DNA from: Cetorhinus maximus
Lineage: Eukaryota
Direction: 5' to 3'
Assembly (NCBI RefSeq): GCF_964194155.1
Contig: NC_135895.1
Coordinates: 84,568,001-84,632,000, forward strand
DNA length: 64,000 nucleotides
Program-made: the position numbers and the translations under genes
Shown: positions 46,625 to 59,336 of the stretch, one piece after another
How the letters are laid out: every line of letters starts with the position of its first letter
Numbering within the stretch: position 1 is the stretch's first letter
Notes under the pieces: model-generated
Database searches by the model: none
Told to the model about the DNA's origin: nothing
What the model saw: the letters and a program-made list of their open reading frames with translations, nothing else

Positions 46625-49586
46625 TAGGTATGGTGCAGTTTTCACATGAGTGATACCGTTGAGGCTGATAAACCATTGAAACTCAGCACTCGCAAATGCT
46701 GTGCTGTTATCGGAAACGACTATTTCTGGTAGTCCGTGAATGGCAAAACTCTGACGTAGTTTCTCAATTGTAGTGGCCGACATTGATGTATTCACTCACA
46801 TACGTCCAACTATTTTGAATGGGCATGGACAATGAGCAGAAACATTGTTCCCAGGAAAGTTCCAACGTAGTCAATGTGTAACCGCATCCAGGGTCTACCT
46901 GGCCACTCCCATGGGTGTAACAGAGCTGTCACTGGCAACTTTTGCAGTTGCTGACATTGCATACAGTGTTTTACTAAACTCTCTATTTCGCCATCCATCC
47001 CAGGCTACCATAGATAGCTGCGTGCTATGGTCTTTATTTGGGAAATTCCTGGATGGACACTGTACAGTTCAACTAAAAGTGGCTCCGTTCCCTTTGGAGG
47101 AACTATCACTCATGCTCCCCAAAATAAGATGCCATTTTGGCTGGTTATTTCATGTCTTCTGATGAAGTACAGTTTCATTTCGTCAGATACGGGCTCCTGT
47201 GACCAACCATGTAACACTTGTTCTCATACCTGAGATAGGACTGGGTCCCAACTTGTCCAGTCTCTGATCTGTCGATGCATACCGACGAGGAACCTAAGAA
47301 ATTTAACAATAAAGCAAGTTCCTGTGGAACTGGGATGTGCTCATCATTTTCTTGTAAAGGCAAATGACTGAGGCCATCAGCTTTTGCGATTTGATTGTCA
47401 GACTTATGTACAAAAGTGTATTCGTACGCTACCAGGACTAAAGCCCTATTAGTATTTCTGTATCTTCGTGCAGACTTTAATCTCGGCCTTCTTTTTGCCT
47501 TCACTATTGGCCAGACTTTTCTCAGATGCAAGTTCAACTTGTTTGAGTTCAGGGGCTGAGTCTCCCAAAATTTCATTATCCGTCTGCTTCTTGGAAAATT
47601 CTGTGACTTTTGCTTCCAAAGCCTCTTTGGCTTCATTTAGCTGATTCTTCAGCTCCTCCATCTCTTTTTTGTATTTGTTTGCTGCCTCCTGGAAAATTGA
47701 ACATTGTTGTGTCTTCTCTGCCAACTCATTCTTCAATTTGTTTAGAGAAGTGGCGAATTCTGTCTGTTTCTCTTCATACTTTTCCAGAGGTACCAACTCT
47801 GACTTGAGGGCATCTTATAGTGTGTGAAGGTCTTTCCACAAGTTTTCTTTTTCCCTTCGAAGATTGCCCACCTCATCTCGAACTTCATCATCAAGCAGGG
47901 TCTCTTTGAGTTCCTTCTAAGACAGCCTGCATTTCTTCAGGCTGTTGAGTCCTTACACACTCCTTTTTCAAAACAGGAACGCTTCCAGCTTCCTTTTGGA
48001 ATCCTAGTGGCCAATCAAGGTTGATTTCCCTTAGCCAATTTCACCCTAGAAGGCTTGGTCCTCTGCTTCTCAATACTAACACTGGTAGCTCTGGCGATTG
48101 GCTTCCATAATGGACAGTTACTCTGCTTATGCCTTCTGCTTGAATGTCTTCACCCGAATATGTTTTTAGCTTAGCATCTGTTTCTTCTAAACTTAATTGA
48201 TGTTCACCACTATTCAAGTATCTGAAGGTATGTTCCCCAATTACTGTAATGGGAGCTCCCGTGTCCATTTCCATTTTAACAGGCTTGCCATTTACTTTCA
48301 CTGTGACAAATATTGATTCTGTCTTTCCAACTTTCAGATTAAACAATGAGTAAATGTCTGAATTTGTTTTTTCAGGCTCTTCTACATTGTAGATTTCATT
48401 GGGATTTTTCTTTTCTTTACAAGCCTGCTTGAATCTTTCCTTGCATTGCCTCGTCGTATGTCCGTTTCTCTGACAATAGTAGCATTCGATTTTTTAAAAC
48501 TGCCAATCACTAAAAGACTGATTGTTTCTACCTCTATTAAAATTATTCTTCAATTTTGCTGCTAAGTTATTTTTCATTATTCTTCGGCTAGCAGGGACTG
48601 TTTCCCACTTCTTGGCAGAGTTTTGCTTTTTCGCGCCTCTTTCGGTTGAGGTTTCCCACCCAATGTGGAGGATGGGGCCATTTTGCACACCCTGTATTGC
48701 TTTTGAATGTCTTACTGCACTCTCCATGGCCAGCGCTATCTCTAGTGCCTTCTTGAAATCCAGATTCAATTCGGACAATAATCTTTTCTGAATAGTGTTC
48801 TCTTTCACACGACACACTAAATGATCTCTGAGCATGTTGTTCAGGGTCATACCAAACTCACAATGTTCTGTTAGCTGCTTCGAATTTTCCACATAGCATG
48901 CAATTGTCTCACCTGGGGCTTTGTTTCACGAATTAAACTTGAGCCTCTGCATTGTGACTGAGGGCTTTGGTTGAAAATGACCCTTCACAAGGTCCAACAA
49001 TTCATCAAAATTCTTCGAATCTGGGGCACTTGGTGCCATTAAACTTCGAATAAGACTGGAGGTTTTGCTCCCACAAGTACTCAAGAGGATTGCTCGCCTC
49101 TTCTCTTCCCCCCTAATCTCATTCGCTTGAAAAAAGGTTAGACGTTGTATATATTGAGACCAATCATCTGTGGCAGGTTCAAAAGGATCAATTGTCCGAA
49201 ATTGTGGCATCTTGAGAGGGGATAATCAATTCTAATGGAGCTTTCTAATTACAATCACTGGGCAAGGACAGTGCCAATTTCTTTCTTACTTGATTTCTTC
49301 TGTTCAATCCTCTTTTATCCTCACCGGCAGTTTGTGGTAGGGTGCCCGAGTTATACTATTAGTGAAAGAGTTGAAATGCAGACACTTCTTGGGTGGAAAC
49401 ATTAAGTTTATTTACAATATACTCAGCAGCAACTACACGTGTGCTTTCAACTCCAACTCTTTCTCTACACTGACTGCTAAGGTAGCCTGCACTACTCTCC
49501 TTATGGTTACTACAGATCATATGATCTTGCCCAACAAATATTATTCTTAAAGGTATTACACACTAAATAAAACCATAATTGCTACA
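46625..49586 (-). mobile_element. Decayed Gypsy/Ty3 LTR retrotransposon: 5' LTR 49333-49586, gag, protease, end of RNase H, integrase; RT absent
   Basis: TG...CA LTR and a degenerate PBS (aactgccggtgaggat). gag: FEPATDDWSQY, CEFG...LRDHLV. Protease MEMDTGA. RNase H end AYEYTF...ADGLSHLP. Integrase HPWEWPGRPW.RLHIDY and GLPEIVVSDN. Confidence 0.9.
47455..48005 (-). pseudogene. Captured host-like coiled-coil coding fragment (UACA/RAI14/ANKRD24-family-like) inside the Gypsy element
   Basis: Reads DEVGNLRREKENLWKDLHTL*DALKSELVPLEKYEEKQTEFATSLNKLKNELAEKTQQCSIFQEAANKYKKEMEELKNQL. E/K-rich heptads with no retroelement motifs; the family call is from recall only. Confidence 0.5.
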
Positions 49587-51107
49587 CTTCTATTATTGCT
49601 TGTGCTGTGAAATACGCCAGATCTACTTTGGGCTTGGCTCAACTATTATCGAGGGGTTATTTAGGGTGACTCATTGTCTCACAGCACAGTGTTGGATTCC
49701 CAACGCTTGAGCATGCAAGTGTTTACTAATTCAAACAGTGTTTCCCTTCACTGCCCACATTTTACAAGAACTTAGTCAGAACAACATGCGGTGCTTTATG
49801 TATGAATCCATTATTCCATTCTAGGGGTAAGGACAACTGGTCAGATCAGTTCTGGCCAGCAAGAGGGTTCCTATCATTGGTAGACAGCAATGTGCAACAT
49901 GAATGAATTCACAGGGTGACCTGCAGTCCACATTCGTCGATGCTAAAAAGGTAAACATGAAACTGGAAAGTGATGCTAGGGAGAGAAGAGAAACTTTTCA
50001 TTCATTCTTGAACACAAAGGACACATCCAAGAATCAGAAGAGTACTGCATGCACAAGATGGAATCGGAATGTGAAATACAGAGCCACTAATGTAGGCCCA
50101 GGGGAGTTAGCGTTGAGATTGCACCCGAAGATGGTGATCAGTTCATTGGATCTTTGATTTTTGGAGCAGAAAATACACAAAGTTTATTCCAAGATAAGGG
50201 GGAAGTGTACCTAAAGAACTGGAGTGAGCTCAAAATAGGTCAGTGGTCTTTAATCACTGAAACCTCCTTGTGTAATACACGCCATGATGTGATGGATTCA
50301 TGTGGGTCTGTCCAGTGAGAGTCTACACTGACGTGCAACTAATGCTTCAGGTAGAGGTGCTGGAAATGTGAAAGCTCACACCTGTAGCCTTCAGCCATTT
50401 ATAATGCAGTTCACCACACCATGTTAACTGCTGGTTGTGTTCAACGGCAATAGAAAGGGTAATTTTACCAATGTGAGCTCTCTGCATCAAACCTCCCCAA
50501 CTGTAAATACATGTCAGGCTGTCTTTCTCCCCTTTCCCTCTTTCCTTTTCTCTCTCCTTTTCTCAACCCTTTCTCTCAACCCTTCTCTTGCCTCCTTCCT
50601 ATGTCCCTGTCTCTCTTCCTTGCTTTGGGTTCGTACTCAGTGGAAGAAAGAATTAGCCATTGAATTTTCTTTTGAATGATGGATCCATGCCCTTGGAATA
50701 CCCTCTGACCAATTCTGAATGCTTGACACAAGGACCTAACAGGCAACTATTGCGCCCAGTGCTCCAAGAGGGCAAACAGCGGGAAACAGCCTCAGATACT
50801 CCAGGGGAGATAAGGGCCCATCCATCTTGCATATGTTTAAATCAATTCAATTCCCAAAACAGGATTTATTCAAAATAGTATTTATTTTATTGTGTTGAAG
50901 TGATAGTTTGAAAAATTCCAGCCAATATATAGTTTTCTTCCCTAGCCCTTTGGAGTTTTGGGTATTATGCTACATGCTCATAAGTGGGGATATTCTACGC
51001 TCCTCGCTTGCCTGGAGCATTGGGTTTACTGAGAAGCTACAGCTGGTTTTAGCCAGTTGCTTCCAGTGTTCGTTGCTTCCTGGTGAAGAGAGAGAGAGTC
51101 AATACGA

Positions 51108-51950
51108 ACATAACATACGAGCAAGGAGCAGGACTAGGCCATTTAGCCCCTCGAGCCTACTCTGCCATTTGATAAGATCATGGTTGATCCAATAGTAACC
51201 TGAAATCTGCATCCCACCTACCCCCGGTAACCTATCACCCCCTTGCTTACCAAGAATCTATCCACTTCTGCCTTAAAAATATTCAAAGACTCTGCTTCCA
51301 CCGCCTTTTCAGGAACAGAGTTCCAAAGACTCTGAATGAAAAAATTTTGTCTCATCTCTGGACAACCCCTTATTTTTAAACAGTGACCCCTAGTTCTAGA
51401 TTCTTCCACAAGAGGAAACATCCTTTCCACATCTATCCACCTTGTCAAGACCCCTCAGGATCTTATATGTTTCAATCAAGTTGCCTTACTCTTCTAAACT
51501 CTAGCAGATACAAGCCTAGTCTGTCCAACCTTTCCTCATAAGACAACCCATTCATTCCAGGTATTGGTCTGGTAAACCTTCTCCGAACTGCTTCCAACTC
51601 ATCTACATCCTTCCTTAAATAAGGTGACCAATACTGTACACAGTGCTCCAAATGTGGTCTCACTAGTGCTCTGTGCAACTGAAGCATAACCTCCCTACTT
51701 TTGAATTCAATTCCCCTCGCAATAAATGGTATCATTTTATTAGCTTTCCTAATTACTTGCTGTACCTGCATACTAGCCTTTTGTGATTCATGCACTAGGA
51801 CACCCAGATCCCTCTGCAATATCTCACCATTTAGATAATTTGCTTCTCTTTTATTCTTCCTCCCAAAATGGAAAATTTCACATTTTCCCAAATTATACTC
51901 CATTTGCCAGATCTTTGCCCACTCACTTAACCTTTCTATATCTTTTAGTA
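51108..51950 (-). mobile_element. CR1 RT/3' fragment
   Basis: DIERLSEWAKIWQMEYN.GKCE, ALVRPHLEHCVQYWSPYLRKD. Confidence 0.9.
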
Positions 51951-53578
51951 GCCTCATTTTTTGTAGCCTCATATTGTACCCATAAGAATGCATGTGTGAG
52001 TGTGTGGATATGCGTGTATACATGCATGTGAGCGTGTGTCTTGAAGGTGCTGTAGAAATGGAAATCGTGTGTGGAGTTTGGCAGAGGAGTTGGCTTGGAT
52101 CTTTCAGGGATCATGTTAAGAGTTGGGTGAGGACAGGCACCGCCTTTGAAACTGTGTCCCAACCATGAGAAAGTGTCCTTGTGAGGAGCAGGAGAAAATG
52201 GAGGGCTGAAAATGCTGCAGTTCCTTAACTGTCTCCTCCACAATTGCTAAACCTTTCCTTGTTTCACTGTACAAAGTTGTGACATGTAGGAGGGTGGTGG
52301 TCAACTTTATGACTCAATGGTGCTGCTGTCATGCTGGGAGGAACTGGACAAGACAACATGGAGCTAACATACTTCCAGCATTTAAGTTTTCCTTTGTCTT
52401 CTGTTTGACTGCAAAATCAGGTTCCTGGAAACCAGCGCAGGGGTGAAATGAGACAAGGAAGGTATCTACACACACCTCTCCACCAATATCTGCTTACACT
52501 GAAGACGTTTCCACGCACACAGCATAGTGCTCGTATTCTTTTAATATGAAGAGGTGTACTGGGGTGAAACGCTAGGGCTTTCAGGTGGCATTCCATCTAA
52601 CACAGTGCAGATGGCTACTGAATGGAAACGGTCAGTGATTATGCTAAAGGGAAGCAAGAGACAGCCTCAAGCACGGAAGCTAACGTAAGACTGCAATCAA
52701 CTGGGTGGAAGGGCAACTGTAATTGGTACCGCACTGCCCTGTCCTGTAATCCTTGCTGTAATTGGTATCGCACTGCCCAGTTCTGTAATCCTTTCTCCCT
52801 CTAGTTGTAATCAGTATCCATTGCTCTAATCCATTTTGCTGTCATCATGCTTCTTCAGTTTGTTAGCAAGTTTCCCCAGCCCCTCATATTTAGTTTGGAA
52901 ATCAGATATTAAATTTCTAGGCCCTTCTTTCTGTCAGCTGGGCAGACAGCAGATACATAGTGATAGGTATCTATCCGGAATCTGCTCCACTCTGCGATAA
53001 AGGTTTATTGGGAGACTTGATTTGACTATCAGCCTCTGGGTTTAGTCAGATGTCATGTTAATGCCCTCAGCGTCCTGCTGTCTAGAGGGGCACCCATATG
53101 CTGAGGGTTTAGGGGTTCTTCGGGGGCAATTCGAGGAATCATGGGAGGGATATAATCATTCCAAAGAATTCCAAGGAAGGAAACGTAGCTCCTTCATTTT
53201 TCCCATACGCTCTCCCACCCTTTCTCCCTCCAGTCTCCTGCCTTCCACCCCCTCCTCCCTCCCAATACTTATGTAATATCTGCTGCTTTCTCAATGGTTT
53301 CAACTATTTTCTTTAACCTTGTTCTTTACGTCCATGATCATTAATAAAGGGACCTGGACCATAATCTACTCACTCTGCTAACTTCAACACAAAATTAAGC
53401 TCAAGTAAAAGGAGACATCGAGGTTGGTTCAATCTAAGCTGCAGGTGATAAGCTATCTGGATTGAATTGACCATCTGTTGTACAACCCGCCCAATTTTAC
53501 TCTCTCGCAGTCAGTGGAAAGACAAAACAGGTGGCTGATCTGATCCTGGCAGCTCCCACCTGTCAGGTTAGGTTACGT

Positions 53579-54833
53579 TGTTATCATCACCAGCTGAGGT
53601 TACCCCTGGACAAGCCTACCCCAGAGTGGAACCCAGCTTGATAGATCCTAACTTTTAATTTGTTTGTTCAGATACTTGGAGAGTAGCTACTGAACGGAGT
53701 CACAGGAGTCAGCTGATAACCTTTTAACAAAAGAATCAAACATTCATTCAACAAGAAAAGATGAACTATATTACAATACTCCTTTGCCCACAACTATACT
53801 TTTACAGATATATACAGATTTGTAAGGATAACTCAAGTTACAAAAGCTATCTTATACTCTAATGCTCACAGTGGGTACACAGTCCATGTAAATCTATGGC
53901 ACCCTGTGGTCAGACACACCACACTCTGAAACCAAGTGACAGATGGCACCTCAACCAGATGCTAAAGATCTCTCCTCAACTGCCCCCGATGCTTGTCGCA
54001 CCATGAGCCAATCAGTCTCGTTGAACTCCGTCTTTCACACAAGGGTTTCCAATCTCTATTCTCCAAGATCTCACCTTGGAATCTTTTCCCAAACCGATGC
54101 TTTCTCTCAGACGCCTTCCACAAGGGTTCACATCCAGGGTTTCAAACTCTTCTTCTGATGTTCCTTTCCCCTGGGTTGCTACATGCATTCAACCTATCTT
54201 CCACACACTCCATATCACCAACTCAGCATTAGCAGTACACCACTGTTTCACATGCCTATAAAAAAAGAGTTACAGACCTTCAGTTGTCTCTTTGGACCTT
54301 CTTGCCTCTCTCAAGCCTTTGTCTCTTTAAGGTTGAAGCTTTAAACTTGAAGCTTGGGGCCTTTATCTGCCCCTCACTCTGAACTTCACTTAACGAGACC
54401 TTTTCCAGGTTTTCCTCCTTCCTTTGACTAGAATGTCTGCTTGAGTTGATTCCCCTATTTCCATCTCACTCCTTTGGCTTTGGGACCTTTTGGTTCTTTT
54501 GCAGTGCCATCTCCCAGTGTCCAGTCTCTCTGGGGTCCTGGCTTCAAACTGAGCTTAAAACTGCTGTTTCTTTAGTTTTTCTGTGTGTCTGTGGGAGCCT
54601 CTCTGGACCCCTGTTGCTAGGCAACAGCACTGCTCTTCTACTCGTGTTTGTTTACAGTTGTAAAACTCATTTGAAATGCAAACATCTTTTAAAGTGAAAC
54701 TAAAACTCAATTTGACCTTTCTTACTGCACAAACACAGAAATACGAATCAAACTGAAACATATAAGTTAAAGCTCATTCCTAACACCCACAATTGCAAAC
54801 ATAACTTACTTAAACTATTTCTATTTCCTAACA
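53579..54833. mobile_element. Long (~1.25 kb) solo LTR-like element
   Basis: TGTTA...TAACA ends and a 4-bp TSD ACGT/ATGT (CpG decay). Non-coding. Confidence 0.6.
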
Positions 54834-57231
54834 ATGTTTACCTCAGTGATGTCAGGGCAAAGTTCCAAATCACTCTTGTGTTTTTTTAATCCTTTCACAG
54901 GATGTGGGCATCACTGGCTGGGCCAGTAATTGTTGCTCATCTCTAATTGTCCTTGAGAAGGTGGTGGTGTGCCACCTTCTTGAACCACTACAGTTCATGT
55001 GGTGTAGCACATGCTGCTGCCGCTGTGTGTAGGTGGTGGATGGGGCGAATGATAAAGGTGGTGGATGTGGTGCCAATCAAGCGGGCTGCTTTGACCTTGG
55101 TGGTGTCGATTCAGGTACCAGGGCTTCAATTTTGTCGAAAACTAGAGAAGCTGTGATTGTTCTGCTTAGAGCAGAGCATGTTGAGGGGAGATTTAATAGA
55201 GGCCTTCAAAATTATGAGGGATATTGACAGGCTAAATAGGGAGAAAATGTTTCCACTAGCAGGAAGGTGGATGTCTGGAGGACACAGAGATGGTGATACA
55301 GAATTGATAGAGAAGTTGACATAGAGGTACAGAACTCTACCTGTTAAGGCGTCTGTGCAACACACTGCATTTGTACTGCCGATATCATTACCTTAGAAGT
55401 TGTGCAGTGGAAGAAAATATCTCTGCACATTTTAGTTGTTTTGTAATGGACTGCAGGACCTTGCATGCATGCACATGCACACACATCGGTGCATCCTTCT
55501 TAATTCCTTACTTCTCATCCATATTTAATGCTCTTTTTGTATATCATTTTGCATGGCATTGCACTGGGAATCAGAAGGCTATTCATAACTGCTATTTCTA
55601 TTAATGTCAGTTTCAGGGTTTCTTGAAAGCAAATGGCCACATTTCTATGCTACTGGATTTTCCTCATTCCAAGCTGGCAGTGGAAGGGCCTCCATAGTGT
55701 TACATTCTTCTATTTATCATAAACGTACCAAAGATTGGTGAAACAATAAAGTGGGTTCTTTATGTGAAGATAAGACTATACACAGAGAATGTTCACTGGG
55801 AGGCTCTGGAAACACGTCTGACCTGTAGGATTGCTGCTGTCTTCTATTTGCAGAGCCATGGGACTATATGTCAAACCCTATCTCATAGTGGAGCGTGATG
55901 GACATCAGTTTAAGATATGCTCCCTTAAAGATACACATACATCACATCACAACGTCCCTTTTATTCTAATTTGAAGGTTTGATCCTTAACAAATCAAAAA
56001 CTATTTATATGACAGCAAAAGAAAATTATGTTTTGTTTGAATATACTATTATGCAAAGAAATTAACATCTAAGTCTCTGAAATGTGTTGGTGGTTTACCG
56101 ATGCGTCCAGACTTAATTACGGTGATTTTGGTTGGATGCTGCCATATGTTTTCAAAATGCTGGCTGTGGGTAAGGGTGCTATTTTTGGATTGCATCTTAG
56201 ACTGTGTTCTACCTGAAATAGGGTTGCTTGGTGTTTCTGATTGTGGTATTGGTCTGATTTGGCATCTATTCCATCGAATTGTCATGCCATTTGGTATTCA
56301 TACTTAATACAATGTTGACTATGGCATATGGTGATGATTTCTACTAGATTCCATGTGCCATCGGTTGGGTGTTGTTCTGATGTTTGTCTGACTTTTAGGT
56401 TCGGTAATTTGTTGCCTGCGTGCTGGCTGTGGACAGCTTCCACCTTCCCTTGGTTTTCAATCAATGCAATCAGTGTCGACGAGTGATGGCTGGGAAGGGT
56501 TGTCCGTACTTGTCTGCCGAACGGGAATTTCTGCAATGAGATGAAGTCTGTTGGTTTGGAATCAGTATACATATTCAATTCAGATTATGCTGCATAGCCT
56601 GTCAGCTGAGGATCTACATTTCAGAGTTATGTGGTCTTTTCCTGGTGTAAGTGCAGGGCTTTGAATGGTACTCTCTGTGGTCCTCATCATTGTCTTGACG
56701 ATACCATGGGTTAGGGACCAAAGCCAGGTCCCTGCACGCCAGTAGGCCTGAAATCACTGGACTTGTGGTATCTACAGTATAAAACATCTGGGGTGCGTTT
56801 TTGTAGCGACAGTTAAGTGTAATGGATCCCAAGAATAGAAGCCCCAAGCCATGCCAGGTGATGAGTTTGGCTGTGGTTGGCTGAACCATCACTTGCCACT
56901 TCTGTTGGTAAGCAGATCCCAGTAGGTGGAGCGGAAGGATGTTTGCACCTGCATTGAGATCCAGTTTTGCATATAATTTATGCTGTCCCTGCATCTGTGG
57001 GCATGTAATCTGGTTGGTGGCAAAGGCTTCTGTTGGTTCCACTGTGCCAATACTATCTTTGATGTTTACCATTCTGAATGTCTGCTCACTTTGGGCAGTG
57101 ATGCTTTAGTCATCCCCATCATCTGAATACGTAGCTTGGCCAGACATTTTGTGGATCTTGTTCTGGTGATACCTGGTACGCACCCTGTTGTTTGGAATGC
57201 CATACCTACCTGGCCTCTGGTTGTGGCTTCT

Positions 57232-58822
57232 AGTGGTTTAGCGGCCTTAAAAGTGGATAAACCCACAGGCCCAGATGAGATGTATCCCAGGCTGTTGAGG
57301 GAGGCAAGGGAAGAGATATCAGGGGCCCTGGCAGTAATTTTCATATCCTCTCTGGTCACAGGTGAGGTGCCAGAGGACTGGAGGACTGCTAACGTTGTCC
57401 CATTATTAAAAAAGGGAGGAAGGGATAGACCAGGAAATGACAGGCCAGTCAGTCTAACCTCAGTGGTGGGGAAGTTACTAGAAAGAATTCTGAAGTACAG
57501 AACATATCTGCACTTGGAGAGACACAGATTAATCAGGGATAGTCAGCATGGATTTGTTAAGGGAAGGACGTGTTTGACAAATTTGATCGAATTTTTTGAG
57601 GAAGTAACCAGGAGTGTTGATGACATTAATGCATTTGATGTGGTCTAGATGGACTTTAGCAAGGCTTTTGATAAGGTCCCTCATGGCAGACTGGTCACGA
57701 AAGTAAGAGCCCACAGGATCCAAGGCAAAGTGGCACGTTGGATCCAAAATTGACTGAGAGTCAGGAAGCAGAGGGTGATGGTAGAGGGATATTTCTGTGA
57801 CTGGAAGTCTGTTTCCAGTGGGGCTCCGAGGGCTCGGTGCTGGGGCCCTTGCTGTTTGTGGTGTACATAAATGATTTGGACTTAAATATAGGGGGCATGA
57901 TCAAGAAGTTTGCAAATGACACGGAAATTGATCGGGTGGTAAATAGTGAGGAGGATCACCGTAAACTGCAGGACGATATCAATGGACTTGTCAGGTGGAC
58001 AGAGCAGTGGCAAAGGAATTCAACCCGGAAAAGGTGTGAGGTAAGGCACTTGGGGAGGGCTAACAAGACAAGGGATTACACTATGAATGGCAGGACCCTG
58101 GAAAGTACTGATCAGAGGGACCTCAGTGTGCATATCCACAGATCCCTGAAGGTAGCAGGGCAGGTAGATAAGGTGGTTAAGAAGGCACATGGGATACTTG
58201 CCTTTATTAGCTGAGGCGTAGAATACAAGAGCAGGGAGGTTATGCTGGAACCTTATAAAATGCTGGTTAGGCCACAACTGGAGTACTGTGTGCAGATCTG
58301 GTCACCACATTATAAAAAGGTGTGATTTCACTGGAAAGGGTGCAGAGGAGATTCACCAGAATGTTGCCTGGGCTGGAGGGTCTGAGCTATGAGGAAAGAT
58401 TGGATAGGCTGGGGTTGTTTTCCTTGGAGCAGCGAAGGTTGAGAGGGGACCTGATAGAGATGTATAAGATTATGAGGGTCATAGATATGGTGGGTATGAT
58501 GGCACTTTTTCCATTTGTGGAGGGGTTAATAACCAGGGGGCATAAATTTAAGGTAAGAGGTAGAAGACTAAGAGCGGAGTTGAGGAGAAATTCTTTCACC
58601 CAGAGGGTGGTGGGAGTCTGGAACTCTGTCTGAAAGGGTGGTTGAGTCAGAAACTCTCATAACATTTAAGAAGTATTTAAATATTTACTTACGTTGCCAT
58701 AGCCTCCAGGGCTATGGGCCAAATGTGGAAAATGGGATTAGTGTAGTCTAATCTTTGTTGACCGGTGCGGACACAATGGGCCGAATGGCCTCCTTCTGTG
58801 CTGTAAACGTCTATGAGTCTAT
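57232..58822 (+). mobile_element. 5'-truncated CR1 (RT and 3' tail) nested in the LTR element
   Basis: LKVDKPTGPDEMYPRLL, PEDWR, QHGF, LGPLLFVVYINDLD, RLRGDLIEMYK; tail gggccgaatggcctccttctgtgctgta. Confidence 0.92.
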
Positions 58823-59013
58823 GGTTTTGAACCACTTGTTCTAGCCTTTGCTTACTTCATTGGTGCTTCCAGTGTTCTCTGGTGCCACACGCTTTGCATG
58901 CATCGTTGAAAGCTGGGCATTCTCTGGGTGCATGCGTGGGGCCACATGCCCTGCATTACTGAACGCATTAGCTACATTGCCTATGGTGGATGAATAATGC
59001 ATAGCCTATAGAT

Positions 59014-59336
59014 CAGGGCTTCCCAAACTGTGGGTTGCTGCCCTGGAGCTCGGATTGATTTCTGATAGCTTCAAGGCCCCTTTAAATCCTTGCTTTCTTT
59101 CTGTTGGTGGGTATGGCCTGATGGACAGATACCTGAGGCCTGATTGATGCAAAAAAAAAGCCTTTGAAAAGGTAGACATTTATTTTTTTTAAAAAACCCC
59201 TGCAGTTTAAACAATGCCCACAATGCTGAATGCTGAACTTTGGTGGCCCCCCCACACCTCCCCACCCACACTGGGGCCACACAAAGTGTGAGGCATTAAA
59301 ATGGGGTCACACCCAGAAAATGTTTGGGAAGCTCTG
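59014..59336. mobile_element. hAT (Charlie-like) MITE
   Basis: TIRs CAGGGCTTCCCAAAC...GTTTGGGAAGCTCTG and an 8-bp TSD ctatagat/ctgtagac. Confidence 0.8.

Noticed and set aside
52716-52800. ~40-bp direct duplication (ctgtaattggta.cgcactgccc) as a functional repeat
   Set aside because: Only two copies plus a degenerate third; ordinary slippage duplication.
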